Assembly (NCBI GenBank): GCA_964552465.1
Contig: CAZKGR010000019.1
Coordinates: forward strand, 1,619-65,618
Direction of reading: 5' to 3'
Origin: an uncultured bacterium
Lineage (GTDB): Bacteria > Electryoneota > Electryoneia > Electryoneales > Electryoneaceae
DNA: 64,000 nt
Part shown: piece after piece, positions 1 through 9,229 of the stretch
How positions within the stretch are numbered: position 1 is the stretch's first letter
How the letters are laid out: each line of letters starts with the position of its first letter
Position numbers and translations under genes: made by a program
Notes under the pieces: model-generated
The model's input: the letters and a program-made list of their open reading frames with translations, nothing else
Databases searched by the model: none
What the model was told of the DNA's origin: nothing

Positions 1-353
1 AACCAGGCACAACATTCTGCACATTTTGCGCAACAACTCTGGTTTCTATTCTCTCTGGCGAGTGCAAATAGCCCGTTAACGATCGAGTCCTCCATTCACG
101 GCTTCTGTAATCCGGCTGATAAACACGAATGCTGGTTGAACAACTGGTTCTGGCCTTGAACTTGCTTTTGCATGATGTGGATACAGGGCAATACTGCGAA
201 CAATACTGGGACTCACGCCCACGTGTCCATGCCCCGCTGGATCTCTCCGGCAGGAGCATGAAGCACAGTATTCCATGTCGGAGGTGGGAGGCCGGCTGGA
301 GTGCAGAAGGGCGTTGATGTCACAGGAATTACCCTGAAAGGAGGGTCGGTTCC

Positions 354-566
354 ATGACACTGCGACCGCAGGAGTATCGACGGCGAATTCGATCAGCCCA
401 TGGTTACGATGGAAACAATCCCGGCACTTGTCTTGAGTGCGGGAACCATTACCGATGGCGCTCCGTCAACAATCGGTGCCGTACATGCGAAGTTGATAGC
501 ATGAAGGAGCGTACACCCATGTGGGTTGAACGCGAGATCCTCATGGCCGCGACGAGTAGCGATTAG
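354..566 (+). CDS. Small zinc-ribbon protein (C-x2-C-x12-C-x2-C), 70 aa
   Basis: ORF with motif CLECGNHYRWRSVNNRCRTCE. A strong SD (aaaggaggg) sits 6-8 nt upstream of the ATG. No recognisable family. Confidence 0.4.
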   Translation: MTLRPQEYRRRIRSAHGYDGNNPGTCLECGNHYRWRSVNNRCRTCEVDSMKERTPMWVEREILMAATSSD

Positions 567-806
567 TTCGTTGGGCGCCATTGTCGATTTCAATATGGCA
601 AACAGCACTTTCCAATATGAGAGCACCCCGGCTGCATAGAACGCGGCAGGGGTGTTTTCTGTCCCACCGAGCTCACACCTTTCAGAGTAGCGCTTGCCTG
701 CGCACATGCTTCTATCGTAAATCAGATCATTCTGATCACACGCTTAACCATTGCTCTGGAAACCAGTGCTCGCAGGACAGCGTGCAACGGGGCAGGAGGC
801 CATATC

Positions 807-1619
807 ATGAGACAATACATCTCGCACCTCGCTATTTCGCTGGCTACTCTGATTCTGATCGTCGCGTGCTCACAAGTAGCAATCACCGGGCGCGACCAAC
901 TGATACTGATTCCATCGTCGCAGTTGAACGCGATGAGCTTCAGCGAATACAACAACCTGCTGAAAGAGTACAGAATAGAAGAAGGTACGGCGGACGCACG
1001 AACCGTCAAGACGGTCGGCGGAAACATCAAGCGGTCAGTCGAAACATATTTTCGCCAGGAAGGGATGAACGACAAGCTGCGTGATTTTGAGTGGGAGGTG
1101 AACCTCCTCGTGGACGATGACATGGTGAATGCGTTCGCCATGCCCGGTGGCAAGGTTGGTGTCTTCACCGGGATGATGGATGTTGCAAAAACTCCCGGTC
1201 AGCTTGCGACAGTGATGGGCCATGAGGTCGCGCACGCCATCGCCAACCACGGCAACGAACGGATGAGCCAGCAACTGTTGACATCATTGGGCGGTGTTGG
1301 GCTGGCTCTCGCCATACGTGACAAGCCGAAGGAAACCCAGGCGCTCGCATTGGCAGCATTCGGTCTCGGCACGCAGATAGGCATCCTGCTGCCATATAGC
1401 AGGACGCATGAGTCTGAAGCCGACCACCTCGGCCTGATCTTTATGGCAATGGGAGGGTATGATCCGCACGAAGCGGTCACCTTCTGGACTAATATGGACA
1501 AGCTTGGCGGACTCGCACCCCCGGAATGGTTAAGTACCCACCCGTCACATCAGACACGTATTGAAAATCTGAACGAATGGATGCCCGAAGCGATGGAGTA
1601 TTATCGCAACAACGGTTAA
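807..1619 (+). CDS. M48-family zinc metallopeptidase, lipoprotein (YcaL/LoiP/BepA-like)
   Basis: HExxH motif HEVAHAIANH with downstream ESEADHLG (M48 signature). The N-terminal signal carries a lipobox (LIVAC|SQ). Confidence 0.85.
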   Translation: MRQYISHLAISLATLILIVACSQVAITGRDQLILIPSSQLNAMSFSEYNNLLKEYRIEEGTADARTVKTVGGNIKRSVETYFRQEGMNDKLRDFEWEVNLLVDDDMVNAFAMPGGKVGVFTGMMDVAKTPGQLATVMGHEVAHAIANHGNERMSQQLLTSLGGVGLALAIRDKPKETQALALAAFGLGTQIGILLPYSRTHESEADHLGLIFMAMGGYDPHEAVTFWTNMDKLGGLAPPEWLSTHPSHQTRIENLNEWMPEAMEYYRNNG

Positions 1620-1635
1620 CAACTTTCGACCAGAC

Positions 1636-1959
1636 TCACCACCCAGAACATGTTAGCTCGACAGAATGCATCATTATTCTCGAGACAACGGAGGCACTTT
1701 TAGTGCCAGAGGAGCTAGACTTTCGAGCCAATATGACCTCTAAGTAACCCTCAATTAACACTTCATGTATTTCCGCAACATCTTGTTTAATCATAAGTAA
1801 CTCGTCACGAAACTTAAAGAACAGCTCACAATGAGAGCCTCCTGAGTCCCAATCCACTTGTTTCAAACAAAAAACACGAAACTCTTGCCCGCGTAAGACG
1901 AATGCATGGAAAACATGTATGAGTTTTGTTAGCTTGTGACGCAATTGGTTCAATGTCAA
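1636..1959 (-). CDS. Hypothetical protein (107 aa) in an AT-rich segment
   Basis: The ORF reads like a protein, but there is no motif and no SD. The local GC is clearly lower than the surroundings. It is convergent with the M48 gene. Confidence 0.25.
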   Translation of the reverse strand: MTLNQLRHKLTKLIHVFHAFVLRGQEFRVFCLKQVDWDSGGSHCELFFKFRDELLMIKQDVAEIHEVLIEGYLEVILARKSSSSGTKSASVVSRIMMHSVELTCSGW

Positions 1960-2045
1960 TCTGGTAGTGCGACTGAACGTAGCGGGGTTGCCAACAATCG
2001 CCGGAAGTATGCCTTGTACATGGATTCAATGGGGTTGAGCTAAAC

Positions 2046-3413
2046 ATGGATCGGTTGAACCTGGCCGTTACAGGAAACGTTAAAGAGTCGATTGCAACCG
2101 TTATCGACGACTTGCTGAAGCAGGGGTGTACGGTTACAGCAATTGACAGCAGCTCCAACACCCCATCGTCCGGTGTGGACGCAGTATTGATCCCGATCTA
2201 CGCCGATGACCCACCTGATGTTTCCGATCACGGTTTCTTCAACGAATACCCTGCACCCCGTGTGCTGCTGGTGACAGAAAATGACCTGATTGGGAAGTAT
2301 GACCCTGTTTCGCTTGATGCGCAGGCGATGGTGTTTCCGCCACTTCACCCGGCCGCAGTACAGAACGCCATTCACACAGCAATTAGAATCTTCTCTCAGC
2401 ACGCTGTCCTTGAAGAGTCTCTGGCACACTATGTAGAAAGCCACCGCCATCTGGGCGAAGGTATTCTTCTCGCAGATAAACAGGGGATTGTTCGATTTGC
2501 GAACGATCTGAGCAAAAATATGCTCGGCCTGAACGAACGTGATATATACGGCCAGTCTATCGGTGATGTATTTCCAATCATAGATAAAGAATCGGAGAAT
2601 CCGCTTCACAGCATTAATGTCCCGTCGAACACGGAAAATGGTCAGCTTGTCAAGCCAAGCAGGACTACGGTCCGCGGAGGCGACGGACAATCAATGGAAG
2701 TGCTGTTCCAGGTGAAAACAGTGGGAGATGGGGACGAGCCGGACGGCATGATGCTCATTTTCCACGAATACAGGCTGCGCCAGAAACCGAAGCAGGTCGT
2801 TGCGTTCAAGGAAACACAAAGCGCTTCGTCTCCGCAGGACACGGAAGCCGACGATGGCTATATCCGGCATACTGTGCGAATTCAGACTTTCGGCGAATTT
2901 CAAATCAGCATAGACGACGAGCTGATAGATATTCACCGCTGGCGGTCCAAAAAGGCATTGGACGCGCTTTGCCTGCTACTTCATTCATATGGAAAACCAG
3001 TTCAGAAGGATATTCTGATTGATTTCCTATGGCCCGAAGTGGATGCGGCAACGGGAAACCGCCGGCTGCTGAATGTTATCAGCGAGTTGCGTAAATATCT
3101 CGAACCGGACGCACGCCGTTACTCCCGCAACAACTTCATCAGGCACGAATCCGGGATGTATCGACTAAGCTTCGAGGACTATGTTTACCTCGATTCTGCC
3201 TTGTTCAGAGACCTCATTCGCCAGGGTGACTATCACTGGGGCGTGGGTGAGTTCCGCATGGCACGGACATATTACCAGGAAGCACTGCAACACAAGAACG
3301 GCTTCTTTATGCCACGCTACATGAACTCGCTTCTGTTTGAAGAGGCTCGTGAACAGTATGAAGAAACTGAGGAGCGCATTCGAGAACGGTTGGGATTTGA
3401 GATGGAAAGCTAG
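2046..3413 (+). CDS. Transcriptional regulator: atypical (pseudo)receiver-like N-domain + PAS + SARP/OmpR-type winged-helix DNA-binding domain + short BTAD-like tail
   Basis: The C-terminal segment IQTFGEFQISIDDELIDIHRWRSKKALDALCLLLHSYGKPVQKDILIDFLWPE...LRKYLEP...GMYRL matches the Trans_reg_C/SARP (AfsR/DnrI-type) pattern. It is followed by a BTAD-like ...YYQEALQHKNGFFMP segment. The middle PAS segment is GILLADKQGIVRFANDL. The N-terminal alpha/beta domain lacks the canonical DD acid pocket of receivers. It is a paralog of 4982..6370. Confidence 0.8.
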   Translation: MDRLNLAVTGNVKESIATVIDDLLKQGCTVTAIDSSSNTPSSGVDAVLIPIYADDPPDVSDHGFFNEYPAPRVLLVTENDLIGKYDPVSLDAQAMVFPPLHPAAVQNAIHTAIRIFSQHAVLEESLAHYVESHRHLGEGILLADKQGIVRFANDLSKNMLGLNERDIYGQSIGDVFPIIDKESENPLHSINVPSNTENGQLVKPSRTTVRGGDGQSMEVLFQVKTVGDGDEPDGMMLIFHEYRLRQKPKQVVAFKETQSASSPQDTEADDGYIRHTVRIQTFGEFQISIDDELIDIHRWRSKKALDALCLLLHSYGKPVQKDILIDFLWPEVDAATGNRRLLNVISELRKYLEPDARRYSRNNFIRHESGMYRLSFEDYVYLDSALFRDLIRQGDYHWGVGEFRMARTYYQEALQHKNGFFMPRYMNSLLFEEAREQYEETEERIRERLGFEMES

Positions 3414-3751
3414 TTGTTTCAAGATATTAGCAGAATACGAGAAGGTACCTGGAATCGGAATGGTGTCACGACTGGGAAGTCATTAACGGCAGGGAGGCAT
3501 GTAATACAACCCTCAAACCGGTCGAGTTAGTTTCTGGTCTGTATGGACGATAAATCTTTGTTTGACAAGGATTTGAGAAGACCGACAGTGTATTTCGAAC
3601 ATTTGGAGCTTAACAGAGAATTAATTCGCAACCGATAATAGTTAGCACGGTTGAGATAAGCTCCGTAAGATAAATACTTGTGACGACGGTTTCAGATGGG
3701 ACAACGGGGGCTTCCCACTGAAATGCGGCAACGACAATCCTCTTAGCAGGA

Positions 3752-4480
3752 ATGAATATGAGGGCGAAAAGCACATCTGAAACACCGGAACTTGTGTCCA
3801 CAACATCGAATGTGAGCAGCGTACTGCAACCATCGCGTAAAGTGGATATTTTGCTGCGACGGATTGACCATATGGCAGAAGCGTGCCTGATTGTTGATCC
3901 TGGCGGCAAGATAGTTACCGCTAATCGCGAAGCAGGACGGCTGTTTCAGACCGATCATGACACACTGCTGGACCAATTGGTAACCGATCATTTGCTGATG
4001 AATGATGATCAGTTGCTGATGCCGGACGAGCAGTTGTTGATGGATGATTACGGTTATCCGTTGATCGTGGCGATGCGGGCTGACCACTCGTTCTTCCTCG
4101 CGCAATTACGCGGGGTCCGCATTATGATCAACGAGGTTGAACGCATCTTCCTGATGGTGTCGGATGCCAGCCTCGCTGCGCAGAAGGATGAGGAACGGGT
4201 TCGCATGATTCAACAGGAATCGGTGAACGTTATCCTCAACACCCTCGCGCACGAGATCAACAACCCGCTCATGATCATCCAGGCTATCGCTGACAGCATG
4301 CGTCTTGGATTCATCAGCGAGAATAGCCGGGACCGCAGCCTGCGTCAGATTATCGAACAGGTTCGCCGGATTAATTCCGCGCTGGAAGAGTTGCGAAAAA
4401 ATCCGGAACTGAAGGAAGTGACCTACCACGGTAAGCAAAACGTGTATCAACTGAAAACCGATCCACCACCGGAGTCATGA
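3752..4480 (+). CDS. PAS + HisKA (DHp) phosphoacceptor-domain protein lacking an HATPase_c domain (HisKA-only)
   Basis: PAS-like N-terminal half (ACLIVDPGGKIVTANREAGRLF). H-box LNTLAHEINNPLMIIQAIADSM. The ORF ends 80 aa later with no N/G1/G2 ATP-binding boxes. A strong terminator follows immediately. Confidence 0.7.
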   Translation: MNMRAKSTSETPELVSTTSNVSSVLQPSRKVDILLRRIDHMAEACLIVDPGGKIVTANREAGRLFQTDHDTLLDQLVTDHLLMNDDQLLMPDEQLLMDDYGYPLIVAMRADHSFFLAQLRGVRIMINEVERIFLMVSDASLAAQKDEERVRMIQQESVNVILNTLAHEINNPLMIIQAIADSMRLGFISENSRDRSLRQIIEQVRRINSALEELRKNPELKEVTYHGKQNVYQLKTDPPPES

Positions 4481-4505
4481 TCACCTTGATACCCTTGAAT
4501 TATAT

Positions 4506-4535
4506 AACCCGACTCAATTGAGTCGGGTTTTTCTT
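4506..4535 (+). terminator. Rho-independent terminator
   Basis: Perfect hairpin acccgactcAATTgagtcgggt followed by TTTTTCTT. Confidence 0.75.
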
Positions 4536-4981
4536 GCGGCATACTCATCTTCTTCCCAGTAGCGTCAGGTCGTTTTCGAACAAATCACACGGCAAGCTTG
4601 TTGCAAACAGCTTTGCACCGACTGTTTTCGTGCAATGGTCGAGGATGTGCCGGACGAACGACGAAAAACGGGTGACGCATCTTCATAACTATCAGCGCGG
4701 GACAGCAGCCACGCCCGCCTCATGCCTGACTCGAGAGAAGCGGTATGTTCCGACATTTCAACCAAATAGAAACATTTGGCAGTTTTATTATTTTGTCAGA
4801 TTGCTTTTTTTTGCTTGACTCCGAAAAATCCTCGACAGTACTTTCCACATCGAATGTGACTTTTATCGTATATTCTGCGATCAATATTTGCGCATGTATC
4901 GATGAATGAGGCTCAATACCCGCGCGCGGAGCAACTTGTTGTTTGACAGTTGTACAGACAAAGGCACCACGGAGGTTTGAT

Positions 4982-6370
4982 ATGGAGTCTTTCCACCTGG
5001 GGCTGGTGGGAGCAAAACATTCGTGCCATCCGCAACTGGTAGCTCAGCTCGAGGACGCCGGCTGTCGTGTCGACTGCTTGCCGGAATCAAAAAAGAAGGC
5101 GCTGGCCAAGCTCAATGAACTGCAACCTGACGTCGCGCTCTACATATACAACAAAGACACTTTCCGCGAAGCCGCAACCATCCTGAACGATGATCAACAG
5201 CACAGCCCCGTACCTTGGGTGCTGATTGTTGAAGATGAAACAGCGGTCAACAAGCTTCCTACCCAGTCTTTACACACGCACGGTATCCTCTTCTATCCAT
5301 TCCAGCCGCAGCAGATATCTGCGATGATTGAGCTCGCCATTCACCTGCACCGTAAAGAACGGTTAAAAGATGTAATATTATCCCATTACGTGGAAAGCCT
5401 GCGCAATGTGAATGAGGCGGTCATCCTGTCCGATCCCGGGGGGCAGGTACTGTTCGTGAACGAAAAAGCGATGCTGTTGACCGGATATGAGGATGCGAAC
5501 AAACGCCAGGTGGATCAAATTTTCCAAATTGAAGGCAACAAGAACTCCGGATCGAAACACCCCGTCTTACACACAATTCAAGAGTCGGATAACGGACACA
5601 GCTCATACCGCACTAGCCTTGCAAAACGAAACAAGGAAGCGTTACCGATTCAGTACCAGGTGAAACGAATCGAGAAAGAGAATGAAGTTCTTGGCGCATG
5701 CGTGCTGTTCCACGAAATCAAGGCACGTGCGACTGACCAATTAAACATCAGTCTGAATGAAACATCCAGCGACGAAGCCGCCAAGGAAGTTGTGGAAAAG
5801 GTCAAGCTGGCCCGTCCGGACGAAAACCGGGAAATGCGGATTCAGGTACGAACTTTTGGCGAATTTTCGTTGATGGTCGAGGGCAACCGCATCGAAACGA
5901 ACAAGTGGCGCTCGAAGAAAGCGCTCGATGTCTTCTCCTACCTGCTGCTTCATTACAGCCAGCCGGTGCACAAGGAAGTGCTGATCGATTTCCTGTGGCC
6001 GAATTTGGACACGCACACCGGCAATCGCCGCTTGCTGAACGCCGTCTCCGAGCTGCGCAAGTACCTCGAACCGGACGCGAAACGTTACGCCCGCAACGCC
6101 TTTGTCCGCCACGAATCAGGCGTCTACCGTCTCGATTTCGGCGAGAACGTGTACATTGACACGTTGGTCTTCCGTGAACTGGTCCGCAATGGCGACTACC
6201 AGTGGGCGACCAACCAGCAACGTATGGCGCGCACCTTTTACCTCGAAGCGTTGCAGCACAAGGACGGTCAGTTCCTCCCGCGCTATCTGTACGAACGTGA
6301 ATTCGAAGAAGCGCGTGAACAGTACGAGATTACCGAAAGTCGGCTCCGCGAACGCTTGGAACAGACCTGA
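4982..6370 (+). CDS. Transcriptional regulator, paralog of 2046..3413 (pseudo-receiver + PAS + SARP-type winged helix + BTAD-like)
   Basis: Same architecture and near-identical C-terminal winged-helix segment (RTFGEFSLMVEGNRIETNKWRSKKALDVFSYLLLHYSQPVHKEVLIDFLWP...LRKYLEP...GVYRL). I moved the start from 4943 to the ATG at 4982 (MESFHLGLVG aligns with MDRLNLAVTG of the paralog). A GGAGG SD sits 8 nt upstream. Confidence 0.8.
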   Translation: MESFHLGLVGAKHSCHPQLVAQLEDAGCRVDCLPESKKKALAKLNELQPDVALYIYNKDTFREAATILNDDQQHSPVPWVLIVEDETAVNKLPTQSLHTHGILFYPFQPQQISAMIELAIHLHRKERLKDVILSHYVESLRNVNEAVILSDPGGQVLFVNEKAMLLTGYEDANKRQVDQIFQIEGNKNSGSKHPVLHTIQESDNGHSSYRTSLAKRNKEALPIQYQVKRIEKENEVLGACVLFHEIKARATDQLNISLNETSSDEAAKEVVEKVKLARPDENREMRIQVRTFGEFSLMVEGNRIETNKWRSKKALDVFSYLLLHYSQPVHKEVLIDFLWPNLDTHTGNRRLLNAVSELRKYLEPDAKRYARNAFVRHESGVYRLDFGENVYIDTLVFRELVRNGDYQWATNQQRMARTFYLEALQHKDGQFLPRYLYEREFEEAREQYEITESRLRERLEQT

Positions 6371-6390
6371 TATTCGAGACTTGAGATGCG

Positions 6391-6430
6391 AGATACTTCG
6401 CGGGGACGCCTTTTTATGAGGGCGTCCCCG
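6391..6430 (+). terminator. Rho-independent terminator
   Basis: cggggacgcc TTTTTATGAG ggcgtccccg followed by TTTCATT. Confidence 0.7.
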
Positions 6431-6502
6431 TTTCATTATACATGCCCGTGTGAATCCATGAAATGATTCGCAGGATGATCAAACGCTTCTACGTTCGTCA
6501 AT

Positions 6503-6533
6503 CCGCGATAGCCGTCTTTGACGGCTATCGCGG
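6503..6533. promoter_or_regulatory. Perfect 13-bp inverted repeat (ccgcgatagccgt-ctttga-cggctatcgcgg) about 150 bp upstream of rmlA
   Basis: Seen directly in the sequence. No U-tract follows, so it may be an operator or an RNA hairpin. Confidence 0.4.
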
Positions 6534-6684
6534 GCACCATGCACTAGAGGCGCCGAACGTATCTCACACCCCTCACCCTAAGAGTTGCCAAGCCACCCGG
6601 ACAAAAGAGAGATCCTTCGCTACGCTCAGGATGACGCATAGAATCCCCTATATTCCACAATCGATCATCAACCCGGACATGCCC

Positions 6685-7569
6685 ATGAAAGGCATCATCC
6701 TCGCTGGCGGCAGCGGATCACGTCTGTTCCCCGCGACACGCAGCATCGTCAAGCAACTCCTGCCCATCTACGACAAGCCGATGATTTACTACCCGTTATC
6801 GGTGCTGATGCTGGCGAATATCCGCGAGGTGTTGATCATCTCGACACCGGAAGACACTGATCGCTTCGAAGCTCTATTCGGGGATGGGTCGCAGTTCGGG
6901 ATGCGCTTCGAATACGTAGTCCAGCCCGCGCCGGAAGGCTTGGCGCAAGCGTTCCTGTTAGGTGAGGATTTCCTCAACGGCGACGACGCGGTGCTGGTCC
7001 TCGGCGACAACATTTTCTATGGGCACGGGCTGGTAGAAACTCTCGTCCGAGCCTGTAGACGGGTTGAACAGGACCGCCGTTCAGTCGTTTTCGGTTATGC
7101 CGTGCAAGATCCGCAACGGTATGGCGTGGTCGAGTTCGATGTGACCGGGCGCGTCCTGTCTATCGAGGAGAAACCGTCCGCGCCGAAGAGCAATTATGCC
7201 GTCGTCGGACTGTATTTCTACACCAATGACGTTGTCGAGATCGCGAAGAACGTGAAACCATCCGAGCGGGGGGAGCTGGAGATCACTACAGTCAACCAAA
7301 CGTATCTCGACATGGACAAGCTGGATGTCGAGCTGTTGGGACGCGGGTACGCGTGGCTGGATACTGGCACACACGAGAGTCTGCTGGAAGCGTCGTTGTT
7401 TGTTCAGACCATCGAAAAACGGCAGGGGATGAAAATTTCGTGTATCGAAGAAATCGCGTACCGAAAGGGGTGGATTGACATTGACCGACTGAAGGCGCTT
7501 GCCGAACCGATGGCAAAGAACGAGTACGGGCAGTATCTGCTTCGTCTCGTGGACGGAAAAACTGTGTAG
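6685..7569 (+). CDS. rfbA: Glucose-1-phosphate thymidylyltransferase (RmlA/RfbA)
   Basis: [39 protein letters not shown]...[10 protein letters not shown] is the canonical RmlA N-terminus. I trimmed the start from the 6463 ORF to the ATG at 6685 (about 295 aa, the typical length). Confidence 0.9.
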   Translation: MKGIILAGGSGSRLFPATRSIVKQLLPIYDKPMIYYPLSVLMLANIREVLIISTPEDTDRFEALFGDGSQFGMRFEYVVQPAPEGLAQAFLLGEDFLNGDDAVLVLGDNIFYGHGLVETLVRACRRVEQDRRSVVFGYAVQDPQRYGVVEFDVTGRVLSIEEKPSAPKSNYAVVGLYFYTNDVVEIAKNVKPSERGELEITTVNQTYLDMDKLDVELLGRGYAWLDTGTHESLLEASLFVQTIEKRQGMKISCIEEIAYRKGWIDIDRLKALAEPMAKNEYGQYLLRLVDGKTV

Positions 7570-7637
7570 GCAAATGTCATCGCCCGCGCCGGCATAGCCA
7601 ACACGGGCTAAAGATTCTCCACTATGTGTCCTGAATC

Positions 7638-7835
7638 TTACGCCTGGTCGACCTGATCCTTACAGGTGCTCAATCCGAAAGGCAGATACAATGGGCAGCG
7701 GCTAGTTGCCGCCGTTGCCAATGGAATAATCCCAACCGCACCCCACCAACTTTGGTAGTAAATCCCCACACCAATAATCACAACACCAAGAATCAAGCGG
7801 ATAATCCGATCAGCACCGCCCATATTCACCTTCAT
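7638..7835 (-). CDS. DUF2892 (YgaP-like) small inner-membrane protein
   Basis: Two TM segments and the conserved C-P-L-Y motif (SRCPLYLPFGLSTC) at the C-terminus. Confidence 0.7.
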   Translation of the reverse strand: MKVNMGGADRIIRLILGVVIIGVGIYYQSWWGAVGIIPLATAATSRCPLYLPFGLSTCKDQVDQA

Positions 7836-8071
7836 AATCTATCTCCTGTCGTGCAAAGTTACCCCCAACTGTATGCCATGTTAGATGCGGAACAAGGCGT
7901 GCGTTGTCCCTGAAAGAGTGGCAATATCCCGAATTGGAGACTTGATAGTTATATGACACCTTGGAGTATTCATCCGAACCTCCCTGCTGAAAAAGCCTGC
8001 CTCGGCGGACAAACCCGCAGGGGCACCTGATCGTTGTATCTTCCAGTCCAAACAAGTACACGTGGATTATC

Positions 8072-9178
8072 ATGACCCCGTTCTGGAAAAAGATTCGGCC
8101 CCGCAGCCGCTTGTTGCTGTTCGTGTTTCTCTCGGCGTTCATCGTGACGCAGGTGAGCTGGTGGGCGATCTACCAGACGCGAACTGCCGACCGCATAGCA
8201 TCGTTGCAGGAAGAGGTGTGGGAACGTGAGATCGGAGTCGCGGAACGTCTGATCGCGCAGCATGAATCAGTGATGTCGGACAGCTTGTTTGGAATGATGA
8301 ACGTGCTATTCGACGACTTGCGATTCGACGACGAATCAGCGCGTGTGGTTGTCAGCCACGAAGCGCGCGAACGGCTGGCATCTGAAACGACCGATGTCGC
8401 TCGCATGTTCGCGATGGAAAGCGCCACCTTCCTGATCATCATCCTCGCAGGAATGATTTACATGTACGTCACACTCCGCCGTGAAGTTCAGGTAGAAAGG
8501 CAATACGCAAATTTCCTTTCGGCAGTTACCCACGAATTGCGCAGTCCGGTGGCAGCACTTCGATTGTTGCAGGAAACGCTACATGGCGATCTCGCACCGG
8601 ACCAAAGATCGCAAGTACTAAGCAACATGGAGCGCAGTCTCGATCGGCTGCAAAACCTGATTGACCGCTTGCTGAAAACGCGTGAATTTACTGGCGATCG
8701 CCGCGCAACGAACGATCTGGAGCGTGCTGATCTGGGTGTGCTTTTAAAATCGGTAATACGCGACATCAACACTCATCACCCAATGGCAGGCGGACGGTTG
8801 ACGGTAGTTGCCGAAGATTCGGTGTTTGCTCGCGTTGACATTGAGCACTGGCGCATCATGGTCAGCAACCTGATTGATAATGCGCTGAAATACTCGAAGG
8901 CTGGCCGACCGATTACTATTTCGATGCAAAACGTCGGTAACAAAGCCACACTTGTTGTGAAGGATGACGGGGTTGGGTTTTCGATGGCGGAACGTCAACG
9001 TATCTTCAAACGATTCTATCGCATCGGCGATGAAAACACGCGGACGACTGACGGCAGCGGGCTTGGCTTGTACCTGGTGCGTGAGATAGCGCGGTCATTC
9101 CGTGGTAATGCGTGGGCATTCAGTGAAGGGCCGGGAAAAGGCGCGACATTCACTGTTCAGATCCCGCGGGCGAAATGA
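8072..9178 (+). CDS. Sensor histidine kinase (membrane-anchored, HisKA + HATPase_c)
   Basis: N-terminal TM segment. H-box LSAVTHELRSPVAAL. N-box LIDNALKYS. G boxes DDGVGF and GSGLGLYLV. Confidence 0.85.
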   Translation: MTPFWKKIRPRSRLLLFVFLSAFIVTQVSWWAIYQTRTADRIASLQEEVWEREIGVAERLIAQHESVMSDSLFGMMNVLFDDLRFDDESARVVVSHEARERLASETTDVARMFAMESATFLIIILAGMIYMYVTLRREVQVERQYANFLSAVTHELRSPVAALRLLQETLHGDLAPDQRSQVLSNMERSLDRLQNLIDRLLKTREFTGDRRATNDLERADLGVLLKSVIRDINTHHPMAGGRLTVVAEDSVFARVDIEHWRIMVSNLIDNALKYSKAGRPITISMQNVGNKATLVVKDDGVGFSMAERQRIFKRFYRIGDENTRTTDGSGLGLYLVREIARSFRGNAWAFSEGPGKGATFTVQIPRAK

Positions 9179-9229
9179 GACCTGAGATTCGAGAGACTAG
9201 AGACTAGAGACAAAAGACAAGAGACATTC

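Noticed and set aside
581-1168. Overlapping ORFs 581..1084 (+) and 722..1168 (-)
   Set aside because: Both overlap the motif-supported M48 peptidase gene in other frames or on the other strand. Their composition is Arg/Ser-rich.
6463-6684. N-terminal 74-codon extension of the RmlA ORF
   Set aside because: RmlA homologs begin at MKGIILAGG. The extension contains the upstream hairpin and has no protein-like conservation.
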